A DNA stretch of 24,000 nt from Maritalea porphyrae (GTDB lineage Bacteria > Pseudomonadota > Alphaproteobacteria > Rhizobiales > Devosiaceae): assembly GCF_027213965.1 (NCBI RefSeq), contig NZ_JAPWGX010000002.1, positions 538,412-562,411 of the forward strand. The letters are read 5' to 3'. Positions 1 through 7,608 of this stretch are shown here, piece after piece. The notes under the pieces were generated by a model. That model was not told the DNA's origin, ran no database searches, and saw only the letters and a list, made by a program, of their open reading frames with translations. The translations under genes and the position numbers were made by a program. Numbering within the stretch: the first letter of the stretch is position 1; every line of letters begins with the position of its first letter.

Positions 1-443
1 AAAAACCGGCGTCGATCGGCAGCGGGGCCGGTGAACAGACCATCTTGGGCGGGGGTGAGCCAGAGGATGCGCAAATATTCACCCAACTGATCCACTGACC
101 GTGCTGGGGCACCATTTATTTTGACCCGTCGCCCCGTGATTGCACCAGCATCAAGCCCGGTGCCCAAATCGACGGTGCCATATTGTGTTTCAACTGAAGC
201 GGCAACCGCCCAGCCGCCTGTGCCATTGTGCAGCGCTAAGGTTTCAAAATTTGCGCGGCGCAATCCGCGCCCCGCGCCCAGCAAAGAGATTGCTTCAAGC
301 AGATTGGTTTTGCCCGCGCCATTTGGCCCGGTAAGCACCACATGGCGATCATCGGGATCAAGCGCAGCGCTTGCATAGTTGCGGAAATTTGAAAGCCGCA
401 ACCGCGATAGATAATGGCTGGGGGGCTGGCGTGGTACCGCCAT
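1..443 (-). CDS. recF: DNA replication/repair protein RecF, N-terminal part (runs off the window start)
   Basis: Minus-strand translation from the ATG (complement of 441-443) reads MAVPRQPPSHYLSRLRLSNFRNYASAALDPDDRHVVLTGPNGAGKTN. The Walker A motif GPNGAGKT is the complement of 306-329. The start lies 18 nt downstream of the dnaN stop, matching the classical dnaN-recF order. It is absent from the ORF track because it is truncated by the window edge. Confidence 0.9.
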   Translation of the reverse strand, partial: MAVPRQPPSHYLSRLRLSNFRNYASAALDPDDRHVVLTGPNGAGKTNLLEAISLLGAGRGLRRANFETLALHNGTGGWAVAASVETQYGTVDLGTGLDAGAITGRRVKINGAPARSVDQLGEYLRILWLTPAQDGLFTGPAADRRRF

Positions 444-461
444 TAAAACCTACCCTTGGCG

Positions 462-1583
462 TTAAACGCGCATCGGCATCAAAACATAAAGCGCATCATC
501 ATCATTGTCAGACTGCACAATGGTGGGTGAGCCTGCGTCTGACAACATAAAGATCGCTGCTTCTGATTTTACCTGATCGATGATGTCGAGCAAATAGCGG
601 GCATTGAACCCGATTTCAAAACCTTCATCTTCGAACTCAATCGGCAGCTCTTCGCGGGCCGTGCCGTGATCTGGGTTGGTGACGCTCATTTCGAGCAACC
701 CATTACCTATGGCCAATTTTACGGCCTTGCCACCACGGTCTGAGGCAATGGTGGACACACGATCAACCGCTTGCTTGAAGCTTGCGGTGTCCACGGTGAG
801 GCGCTTATCGTTATTTTGCGGGATCACCCGCTCATAATCGGGGAATGTGCCTTCGATAAGTTTTGACAAAAGCACCACGCCGTTTACTTCGATGCGGATT
901 TTGGTATCTGAAAGTTCAATCGCCACATCGTCTTCATCGCCCGACAAAAGCTTTTGCACTTCAGCAACGGTTTTGCGTGGCACAATGATAGAAGGCATGC
1001 CTTGAGCGCCTTCAGGGGCGGAGACTTGTGCACGCGCCAAGCGGTGACCATCTGTTGCCACGGCGCGCATGATGACGTTGGCCCCATCATCCATCGTGTG
1101 GAAGAATATGCCATTGAGATAATAGCGGGTTTCTTCGCTTGAAATCGCAAACTGTGTGCAATCGATCAATTGGCGCAGCGCGCCCGCTTTGATGATGAAT
1201 TTATGAGTGAAATCACCCGATTTGAGATCGGGGAACCCATCGGCCGAAAGACACGTGAGGTTGAATTTGGAGCGGCCTGATGTAATGGCCATCTGTTCAC
1301 CAGCGCCATCCACTTCAAGGTTTACTTCTGCGCCATCAGAAAGTTTGCGCACAATTTCATAAAGCGTGTGGGCCGGCACGGTGGTGGTGCCTTGCGTGCC
1401 CACCATTGCAGGCACCGATTCGGTGACTTCAATATCCAAGTCGGTTGCGCGCAATTGCAGGCCGCCATCATTGGCGTTGAGCAAAACGTTTGAAAGAATG
1501 GGGTAGGTTGTGCGGCGCTCGACGACACGGTGCACATGCCCAAGTGATTTCAACAGGTGATTTCTCTCAAGCGTAACTTTCAT
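462..1583 (-). CDS. dnaN: DNA polymerase III beta subunit (sliding clamp)
   Basis: 373-aa ORF with typical clamp length and sequence (MKVTLERNHLLKSLGHVHRVVERRTTYPILSNVLL..., C-terminus ...ALYVLMPMRV). recF follows it directly. Confidence 0.95.
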   Translation of the reverse strand: MKVTLERNHLLKSLGHVHRVVERRTTYPILSNVLLNANDGGLQLRATDLDIEVTESVPAMVGTQGTTTVPAHTLYEIVRKLSDGAEVNLEVDGAGEQMAITSGRSKFNLTCLSADGFPDLKSGDFTHKFIIKAGALRQLIDCTQFAISSEETRYYLNGIFFHTMDDGANVIMRAVATDGHRLARAQVSAPEGAQGMPSIIVPRKTVAEVQKLLSGDEDDVAIELSDTKIRIEVNGVVLLSKLIEGTFPDYERVIPQNNDKRLTVDTASFKQAVDRVSTIASDRGGKAVKLAIGNGLLEMSVTNPDHGTAREELPIEFEDEGFEIGFNARYLLDIIDQVKSEAAIFMLSDAGSPTIVQSDNDDDALYVLMPMRV

Positions 1584-1638
1584 TGGTGTCTACTCCCGGT
1601 AACTTTTTGCCGCTTTTGATACAGCTTATGCGTCTTCA

Positions 1639-1652
1639 TCCCCATGTGGGGA
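1639..1652. promoter_or_regulatory. Perfect 14-bp palindrome TCCCCATGTGGGGA in the dnaN upstream region; candidate DnaA-box-like or operator site
   Basis: Read directly from the sequence. Each half with its flank (TCATCCCCA on the plus strand, TTGTCCCCA on the minus strand) resembles the Caulobacter-type G-box TGATCCCCA and its TCCCCA core. It lies 56 nt upstream of the dnaN start. Confidence 0.3.
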
Positions 1653-1777
1653 CAAGGAAAATGGCCTTTTGCGCTTCAAAAGGCAAGGAAAAAGGCGTGG
1701 TTTTTCCAGTTAATGAACTCGCAAATTGAATATCGCAAATACAGAAGACTTGCAATTCTGAAAATCCACGCCATATT

Positions 1778-1794
1778 GATATCATAATGATATC
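1778..1794. promoter_or_regulatory. Perfect 7-3-7 inverted repeat GATATCA-TAA-TGATATC; candidate operator of the SPFH-RHH operon
   Basis: The palindrome ends 15 nt before the ATG at 1810. It lies just downstream of a possible sigma70-like promoter (TTGCAA at 1750-1755, CATATT/ATATTG around 1772-1778). The operon encodes an RHH protein, a class that typically autoregulates through such repeats. Confidence 0.3.
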
Positions 1795-1809
1795 GAATTG
1801 GAGAATACT

Positions 1810-2691
1810 ATGAACGAAAAATCCGCTTGGTCAATTTCTGGCTATCCCATGGTCGCCCTTTTGGCATTATGGATCATTGGTATGCTCTATTTCTTGACGA
1901 TGGCCATTGGGTCGGACGGCGGCCCGGCGCTAATTTTGCCGCCACTGATTGGTGGGCCAATTGTTGGCACCATATTGGCGATTGGATTTGTGATGGTGCA
2001 GCCAAAGCAGTCTAGGGTTTTGGTGTTGTTTGGGGCCTATAATGGCACCTTGAAGCAAACTGGCCTGCGCTGGGTCAATCCATTTAACTATCCGCGCATT
2101 CCCGTTTCATTGCGGTTGCGCAATTTTGAAAGCGGCAAGAATAAAGTCAATGATGCAAACGGCAACCCAATTGAAATTGCAGCGATTGTGGTGTGGCGGG
2201 TTACCGACACCGCTGAAGCGACTTTTGAAGTCGATAATTATAGAGACTTTGTGGCGGTTCAATCCGAAGCGGCGGTACGCACTTTGGCCAGCCGTTATGC
2301 CTATGACCTAAAAGACAGCAAAAGCAGAGGCGCTGTATCTTTGCGGGCCAACCCTGCAGAAGTTTCTGAAATGCTACAACACGAAATTCAAGATCGGTTG
2401 CAGACAGCTGGTGTTGAAGTAGTCGAGGCGCGGATTAGCCACCTCGCTTATGCCCAAGAAATTGCGGCCGCTATGTTGCAACGCCAACAAGCCAGCGCCA
2501 TTGTGGATGCACGTGAAACAATTGTGGAAGGCGCAGTTGGCATGGTTGAAATGGCGCTGGCACAACTCTCTGAGCGCAAAATTGTCGAACTGGATGATGA
2601 ACGCAAGGCGGCGATGGTCGGCAATCTACTGGTTGTACTTTGCGGCCAACAGGATACCCACCCGGTCGTAAACGCTGGCAGCCTATATTAG
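1810..2691 (+). CDS. SPFH/band-7 (stomatin/prohibitin-like) domain membrane protein
   Basis: ORF 1798-2691. The preferred start is the ATG at 1810, with GGAG at 1800-1803. The N-terminus is hydrophobic ([27 protein letters not shown]..., [23 protein letters not shown]). An SPFH-like core follows ([23 protein letters not shown]..., [14 protein letters not shown]...), then an A/Q/E-rich helical tail. Confidence 0.8.
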   Translation: MNEKSAWSISGYPMVALLALWIIGMLYFLTMAIGSDGGPALILPPLIGGPIVGTILAIGFVMVQPKQSRVLVLFGAYNGTLKQTGLRWVNPFNYPRIPVSLRLRNFESGKNKVNDANGNPIEIAAIVVWRVTDTAEATFEVDNYRDFVAVQSEAAVRTLASRYAYDLKDSKSRGAVSLRANPAEVSEMLQHEIQDRLQTAGVEVVEARISHLAYAQEIAAAMLQRQQASAIVDARETIVEGAVGMVEMALAQLSERKIVELDDERKAAMVGNLLVVLCGQQDTHPVVNAGSLY

Positions 2692-2700
2692 GGGATCAAC

Positions 2701-2895
2701 ATGCCTTCAAAAAAAGCATTCGCCTTGCGGGTTTCGCCCCAAGTTATGGATGCAATGCAAAGATGGGCTGATGATGATCTGCGCAGTTTAAATGCGCAGA
2801 TCGAATTTGTGTTACGTGAGGCTTTGGTAAAATCGGGCCGCGTGAAATTGGTACAACGGGCGATCACTGAAGTTGTCGACACAACAGACGAATAA
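2701..2895 (+). CDS. Small ribbon-helix-helix (Arc/CopG-like) DNA-binding protein
   Basis: 64-aa ORF whose ATG lies 9 nt after the SPFH stop, with an AGGGGA RBS. The strand-helix-helix pattern FALRVSPQVMDAMQRWADDDLRSLNAQIEFVLREAL is typical of Arc/MetJ-type RHH proteins. A strong terminator follows. Confidence 0.6.
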   Translation: MPSKKAFALRVSPQVMDAMQRWADDDLRSLNAQIEFVLREALVKSGRVKLVQRAITEVVDTTDE

Positions 2896-2931
2896 AGCCC
2901 CTATGTCGGTTCGACATCGGGGCTTTTGTTT
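2896..2931 (+). terminator. Rho-independent terminator of the SPFH-RHH operon, possibly bidirectional and also serving the convergent dnaA
   Basis: AGCCCCtATGTCG-gtt-CGACATcGGGGCT hairpin (2896-2924) followed by TTTTGTTT. On the other strand the stem is followed by TTTATT. It lies between the convergent stops at 2895 and 2983. Confidence 0.8.
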
Positions 2932-2982
2932 GATCCTTGAGGCGGAAGCTGACGGTTAATGATCAGCATGGCCCCTATTTGA

Positions 2983-4515
2983 TCAGTCAGCGATCATCCG
3001 CTTTAGCAATTCCACTTCTTGGGCGAAGCTATTGTCTTCCGACATCAATTGCTCAACTTTGCGCACCGCATGCAAAACCGTTGTATGGTCCCGGTTGCCG
3101 AAACGACGGCCAATTTCTGGCAGCGAGCGCGAGGTCAGCATTTTGGACAAATACATGGCGATTTGGCGCGGGCGCACAACAGAGCGCGAGCGACGTGAAG
3201 ACAAAAGATCGGGCTTTGACACTTTGAAGTGTTTGGCCACCATAATTTGAATTTCGTCGATCTTGATACGGCGCGTATCGCGGGTCCGCATCAAGTCGTG
3301 CAATGCTTTTTCGGCCAATTCAATGGTTACGGGTTCGCCTGTAAGCTGATTGGCCGCCACCAAGCGGTTAATGGATCCGTCAAGATCACGCCCGTGGGAA
3401 ATGACTTTCTTGGCCACATAATCGAGCACCTGGGTTGGAATATGCAGGCCCGGGTATTTTGCCAGAGCCTGTTCGGCACGTTTTTCAACGATGGCGCGGC
3501 GCAGATCTTCATCAAGTGAGCGAATGGGCACCACAAGGCCACCGGATAGACGTGAGCGCAACCGATCATCAAGCATATCAAGGCCATTCGGGGGAGCATC
3601 CCCTGCCACGACAACTTGCTTTGCGCCCGTAAGCAGCGCGCTAAGCGCTTGGCCGAATTCTGTAACGGACTTGCCTTGCAAGAATTGCATATCGTCGATG
3701 AGCAAAACATCAATGCCGCGCAGCCACTCTTTAAAGCTAATGGCGGACTGACGCTGTACCGCTGAAATGAAGTGATACATGAAATGGTCGGCGGTGAGAT
3801 AAACCACATTACGTGACTTATCTGCGCCACCGGCGGCCCATGCAATGGCGTTCAACAGGTGGGATTTGCCCAACCCAACTGATGAGTGAATATAAACGGG
3901 ATTAAAGGTGACAGAGTTCTGTGCCACCGCTTGAGCCACTTGTTTTGCGGCCCCCAATGCCATCTCGTTGGCGCTGCCAGCAACAAATGTGTCAAAGGTC
4001 AATTTTGGATCAAGTGCTGAGCCTGACAATGCGTCGCCCTGTTTTACACGCGCTGAGTGTTTGGCCCCAGTACGGATGGTGGCAGAAACGGTGGGCATTG
4101 GCGCCTTACGCTCTGCTGGCTCTTCAGCTTTTGGCGTTTGCTTGCTTTCAACCCGACCGTTCACGCGCACTGTGATTTGCAGCGTTTGAACATTTTGGTT
4201 TTCAGCTTGAAACGATTCGATGATCCGATCTTGATAATTGGACAAGATCCACGAGCATAAAAACCTTGTCGGTACAGAAAGGTGCGCCAGGTCCCCATCC
4301 AGCTCCACCAAATCCAGCCTTGCGAACCATGAACTAAATACGTCCTCCCCGACGCTTGCCCAAAGCCGCTTTTTCACTCGTGCCCATAGTTTTGAGTTAT
4401 CGCCCCCCGATAAATCCATTGCGCCCCCGCCTTGTTGGTTTTCAACCGCTGGCGTTGTGCTTTGATGTGTTGCAACATCTTCTTCTTTTTGCGCCAACAT
4501 TGTGAACTGATCCAT
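2983..4515 (-). CDS. dnaA: Chromosomal replication initiator protein DnaA
   Basis: ORF 2983-4545 begins at a GTG. I prefer the ATG at 4515 (MDQFTMLAQ...) because AAGAGG lies 5 nt upstream. ATG 4419 (MDLSGG...) is another option. Diagnostic features are LWARVKKRLWASVGEDVFSSWFARL in the N-domain, the AAA+ Walker A motif SSVGLGKSHLL, and the C-terminal DnaA-box-binding domain (RPRQIAMYLSKMLTSRSLPEIGRRFGNRDHTTVLHAVRKV). Confidence 0.95.
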   Translation of the reverse strand: MDQFTMLAQKEEDVATHQSTTPAVENQQGGGAMDLSGGDNSKLWARVKKRLWASVGEDVFSSWFARLDLVELDGDLAHLSVPTRFLCSWILSNYQDRIIESFQAENQNVQTLQITVRVNGRVESKQTPKAEEPAERKAPMPTVSATIRTGAKHSARVKQGDALSGSALDPKLTFDTFVAGSANEMALGAAKQVAQAVAQNSVTFNPVYIHSSVGLGKSHLLNAIAWAAGGADKSRNVVYLTADHFMYHFISAVQRQSAISFKEWLRGIDVLLIDDMQFLQGKSVTEFGQALSALLTGAKQVVVAGDAPPNGLDMLDDRLRSRLSGGLVVPIRSLDEDLRRAIVEKRAEQALAKYPGLHIPTQVLDYVAKKVISHGRDLDGSINRLVAANQLTGEPVTIELAEKALHDLMRTRDTRRIKIDEIQIMVAKHFKVSKPDLLSSRRSRSVVRPRQIAMYLSKMLTSRSLPEIGRRFGNRDHTTVLHAVRKVEQLMSEDNSFAQEVELLKRMIAD

Positions 4516-5304
4516 TTGTGCCTCTTGATATTTCAACCAACGCACCAGCCGCTTGTTTGGCGCGTTGGTCAGCTGATTATTCTACAATCAGACAAACCCC
4601 TAGCAGTCGCTGAAAGTATTCAACGCTACCATTTTTATGATTTACTTAGATTTTGACGCCAACTCGCGTCGTTTACTTTACTGGAAGTACGCTTGTTAGA
4701 CTGGCTAGCTGTGGTGGTGTGCAGATCTCGAATGGAAGACCGGAATTATTGCAATTACGCAGGTTTTCCTCTTAGCACACATCGTCAACGGCCCCCGTTT
4801 TTCTGTTCAACTCTTGGCAATACAAGGATCGCCACCAGCTCTTGTTCAATATGGGCAGTTTAGCCTTATTAGGGGACGCGTTTCAACTGGTGAATCATTT
4901 AAAAACCCTCTTGACTCTAGGGGGTGGATTTGGGTTGGCAAGCTACGCAGAATCTCGCCATTCTTAAGGGATTGGATTTGCTTAATGAATCCAAATTCAA
5001 GTGAAAAATGCCCTTCAAAAAAAAATTTACTTTTTGTTAAGGATCCCGGCATTTTGAACCATTTTGCGCATTTTCCGACGACCTACACCATCGAGTTAAG
5101 TACCTGAAATAAATGAATTTTTTCAAACTCCAAAATCACAATGTGACAAATTTATGAATAGATTCAAAGGGTTCAATTTAGACGTTAAGTTACGCAACAT
5201 GTGTCAATTAGAATGGAACAATAGATTCTTCGTCACGCTGCTTCCACGCCAATCCAAGCGAAGGAAGTGACCTCAGAATTCAGGCGTAAACGCTGTCACG
5301 CCAA
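4516..5304. promoter_or_regulatory. Long non-coding rpsT-dnaA spacer containing the dnaA promoter/leader, and possibly origin-like DnaA-box/AT-rich elements
   Basis: About 0.8 kb with no credible ORF. A very AT-rich tract spans roughly 4985-5215. AATCCA-type motifs occur at 4923-4931, 4971-4979 and 4987-4995. An inverted repeat CTGATT-N7-AATCAG lies at 4573-4591. Confidence 0.4.
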
Positions 5305-5334
5305 ACGCAAAAAGGCTGCCCTAAGGCAGCCTTT
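5305..5334 (-). terminator. Rho-independent terminator of rpsT
   Basis: The minus strand reads AAGGCTGCC-ttag-GGCAGCCTT followed by TTTTTGCGTTT, about 30 nt after the rpsT stop. Confidence 0.8.
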
Positions 5335-5363
5335 AAAATCGTCAGTCCAAGTAAAGCCAGGCC

Positions 5364-5630
5364 TTAAGCGCTTAGGGCTTTTACACGGTTAGAAAGACGT
5401 GAAATTTTGCGTGAAGCATGGTTCTTGTGAACGATGCCTTTTTGCGCTGCGCGCATAATTTCTGGTTGAGCAGCTTGCAAAGCCGTTTTGGCTTCGGCGC
5501 TATCGCCAGATGTGATTGCTTCTTCAACCTTACGGATGAATGTGCGCATGCGCGAACGACGGTTTTTGTTCACTTCGGTGCGGCGCTCAATTTTGCGAAC
5601 AGCTTTTTTAGCTGATGGAGTATTGGCCAT
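5364..5630 (-). CDS. rpsT: 30S ribosomal protein S20
   Basis: ORF 5364-5654. The true start is most likely the ATG at 5630 ([30 protein letters not shown]...), with an AGAGGA RBS 5-6 nt upstream. The length and basic composition are typical of S20. Confidence 0.95.
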   Translation of the reverse strand: MANTPSAKKAVRKIERRTEVNKNRRSRMRTFIRKVEEAITSGDSAEAKTALQAAQPEIMRAAQKGIVHKNHASRKISRLSNRVKALSA

Positions 5631-5680
5631 GTGGTCCTCTTTGTGCCTATTCACTTTCTACCCGATGGCAGAATCGCGAA

Positions 5681-5707
5681 ATAAAAGCGGCGGCACCAAA
5701 GGCCGCC
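5681..5707 (-). terminator. Terminator-like hairpin between mutM and rpsT
   Basis: The minus strand reads GGCGGC-ctttggt-GCCGCC followed by GCTTTTATTT. It lies about 100 nt after the mutM stop and about 55 nt before the rpsT start. It could instead be an rpsT leader structure. Confidence 0.4.
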
Positions 5708-5805
5708 AGAAACTACGTTGGCCGGGTTATAGGTTGAAGATTGGTTTTGGTCAATAGGAAAAGCTTGCGAAATTGGCTGCAAGCCCCGGTGGAAGAGTCT
5801 TTTGG

Positions 5806-6687
5806 CTAGGTTTGGCAATTGGGACAGTAAAAGGTTGAGCGACCAGATTGTACAATTCGCGCGATGTTGGCTTTGCAATTTGGTGCAAGGCAGGGTTCAC
5901 CCTCTCGGCCATAGGCTTGGAAACGGTGTTGGAAATATCCCAACTCCCCGTCTGCATGCTTAAAATCCTTAAGCGTTGATCCACCCGCTGCAATCGCCTC
6001 GTTGAGCACTTGCACAATCGTTGGGGCGAGTAATTCCAACGCCTTTTTGGGTTTGCCGTCCGCCCTTACCAATGTGCCTATAGGACACCTGGGGTCGATC
6101 TTTGAAAGAAAGAGCGCTTCACACACATATATATTGCCCAATCCGGCCACATTACGCTGGTCGAGCAGTGCAGATTTGATGGGGGTTTTCTTATTTAGGA
6201 ATCGTTCGGCCAAATGCTGAGCGTTAAATTGATTGCCCAATGGCTCTGGCCCCATTTTGGCGAAATGGGGGCTCTCCTGTTCATCGTCAAACAGGTCCAT
6301 ATATCCAAACCGACGCGGGTCATTGTAAATAATGTCCACTCGCCCTCTTGTCGGGTGCACAACTTCTAGAATCACATGGTCATGTTTTTGCTGTGCCAAA
6401 GGCACGAATTTGCGGGCGGTGCCTTCAATCAATTCAGCGTTGATTTTGAAGCTGCCGCTCATGCCCAAATGGGCGAGCATATTGGTGCCAGACATGAGCG
6501 GCACGATTAGATATTTTGCACGGCGACGCAGCTGGCCGATCTGTTGACCTTCGAGCAACTCTTGAAAGCCGTCTGGAAATGGAAAGCGCAAATTTGGGCG
6601 ATTAAGCACAATGCGTTTGATCGTCGCCCCATCCATAAAGGGGGCAAGGCCGTTTTTGACCGTTTCAACCTCTGGCAATTCAGGCAA
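5806..6687 (-). CDS. mutM: Formamidopyrimidine-DNA glycosylase (Fpg/MutM)
   Basis: 293-aa ORF starting with the canonical MPELPEVETV. The C-terminal zinc finger is CLAPNCKANIARIVQSGRSTFYCPNCQ. Confidence 0.95.
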   Translation of the reverse strand: MPELPEVETVKNGLAPFMDGATIKRIVLNRPNLRFPFPDGFQELLEGQQIGQLRRRAKYLIVPLMSGTNMLAHLGMSGSFKINAELIEGTARKFVPLAQQKHDHVILEVVHPTRGRVDIIYNDPRRFGYMDLFDDEQESPHFAKMGPEPLGNQFNAQHLAERFLNKKTPIKSALLDQRNVAGLGNIYVCEALFLSKIDPRCPIGTLVRADGKPKKALELLAPTIVQVLNEAIAAGGSTLKDFKHADGELGYFQHRFQAYGREGEPCLAPNCKANIARIVQSGRSTFYCPNCQT

Positions 6688-6829
6688 TTCACTCTTTCCT
6701 TATGCATATAAACTGTGGCAATGACGCGCAGGCACCCAAACCTCCTCAACCATAGAAAAGCTGAGGCGCTTAGGATAAGGTGCGCCAACATTGATGATTT
6801 GTGATGACGACAAGCAAGTGACCATAAAG

Positions 6830-7597
6830 ATGAGTGAAGCGCAACAAACAACCCACTTCGGCGAACGCGAAGTGCCCTTGGAAGAAAAACAGGGGCTGGT
6901 GAACGACGTTTTTCATAAGGTCGCTGACCGTTATGACATTATGAATGACCTGATGAGCGGGGGCATGCACCGGGTCTGGAAAGACGCCTTTGTGGCCAAT
7001 CTGGCCCCACCGCGCGCCGGCAAGCGTCCGTTTGAAGTTTTGGACATGGCCGGTGGCACGGGCGACATCGCCCAGCGGATCAAAAACGCCTCACACGGGT
7101 ATGCCAAAGTCACCGTTTCCGACATTAACTCGGATATGTTGCGGGTGGGCGCGGAGCGGGCCAAGACTTGGCGCTATCAGGACGGGGTTGAATTTGTTGA
7201 AGCCAATGCCGAAGAACTGCCTTTTGAAGACAATCGTTTTGATGTTTACACCATTTCGTTTGGCATGCGGAATGTACCCCAAATCGACAAAGCCTTGCGC
7301 GAAGCCTATCGGGTGTTAAAGCGCGGCGGCCGAATTATGGTGATGGAATTTTCTGAAGTTGATGTGCCTGGCCTTGATAAGATCTATGACCTATTTTCAG
7401 AACATGTGATCCCGCCGATCGGTGGCGTGGTCACGGGGGATGCGCAGCCTTATCAATATTTGATTGAGAGCATTCGCCAATTCCCTAAACCCAAGCAATT
7501 TTGCAAAATGATTGAAGACGCTGGCTTTTCGCGGGTCACGCACACACCGCTTAGCGGCAATATTGCGGCCATTCATTCTGGCTGGAAACTGAGATAG
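6830..7597 (+). CDS. ubiE: Ubiquinone/menaquinone biosynthesis C-methyltransferase UbiE
   Basis: ORF 6791-7597 begins at a TTG. I prefer the ATG at 6830 ([15 protein letters not shown]...). UbiE hallmarks are [17 protein letters not shown] and the SAM-binding motif [10 protein letters not shown]. ubiB follows directly. Confidence 0.9.
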   Translation: MSEAQQTTHFGEREVPLEEKQGLVNDVFHKVADRYDIMNDLMSGGMHRVWKDAFVANLAPPRAGKRPFEVLDMAGGTGDIAQRIKNASHGYAKVTVSDINSDMLRVGAERAKTWRYQDGVEFVEANAEELPFEDNRFDVYTISFGMRNVPQIDKALREAYRVLKRGGRIMVMEFSEVDVPGLDKIYDLFSEHVIPPIGGVVTGDAQPYQYLIESIRQFPKPKQFCKMIEDAGFSRVTHTPLSGNIAAIHSGWKLR

Positions 7598-7608
7598 GCG
7601 GATATAAC

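Noticed and set aside
121-378. 85-aa and 64-aa plus-strand ORFs at the window start
   Set aside because: They are antisense to the clearly identifiable recF N-terminus, whose Walker A motif GPNGAGKT lies on the minus strand.
4814-5107. A 97-aa plus-strand ORF (and a 68-aa minus-strand ORF) in the dnaA upstream spacer
   Set aside because: It has a non-ATG start context and no RBS. It runs through AT-rich low-complexity sequence with no protein-like features, so the region is treated as non-coding.
4546-5360. CtrA-binding sites (TTAA-N7-TTAA) that would support a Caulobacter-type origin
   Set aside because: I checked each TTAA in the spacer (about 4964, 4982, 5037, 5096 and 5185). None has a second TTAA at N7 spacing.
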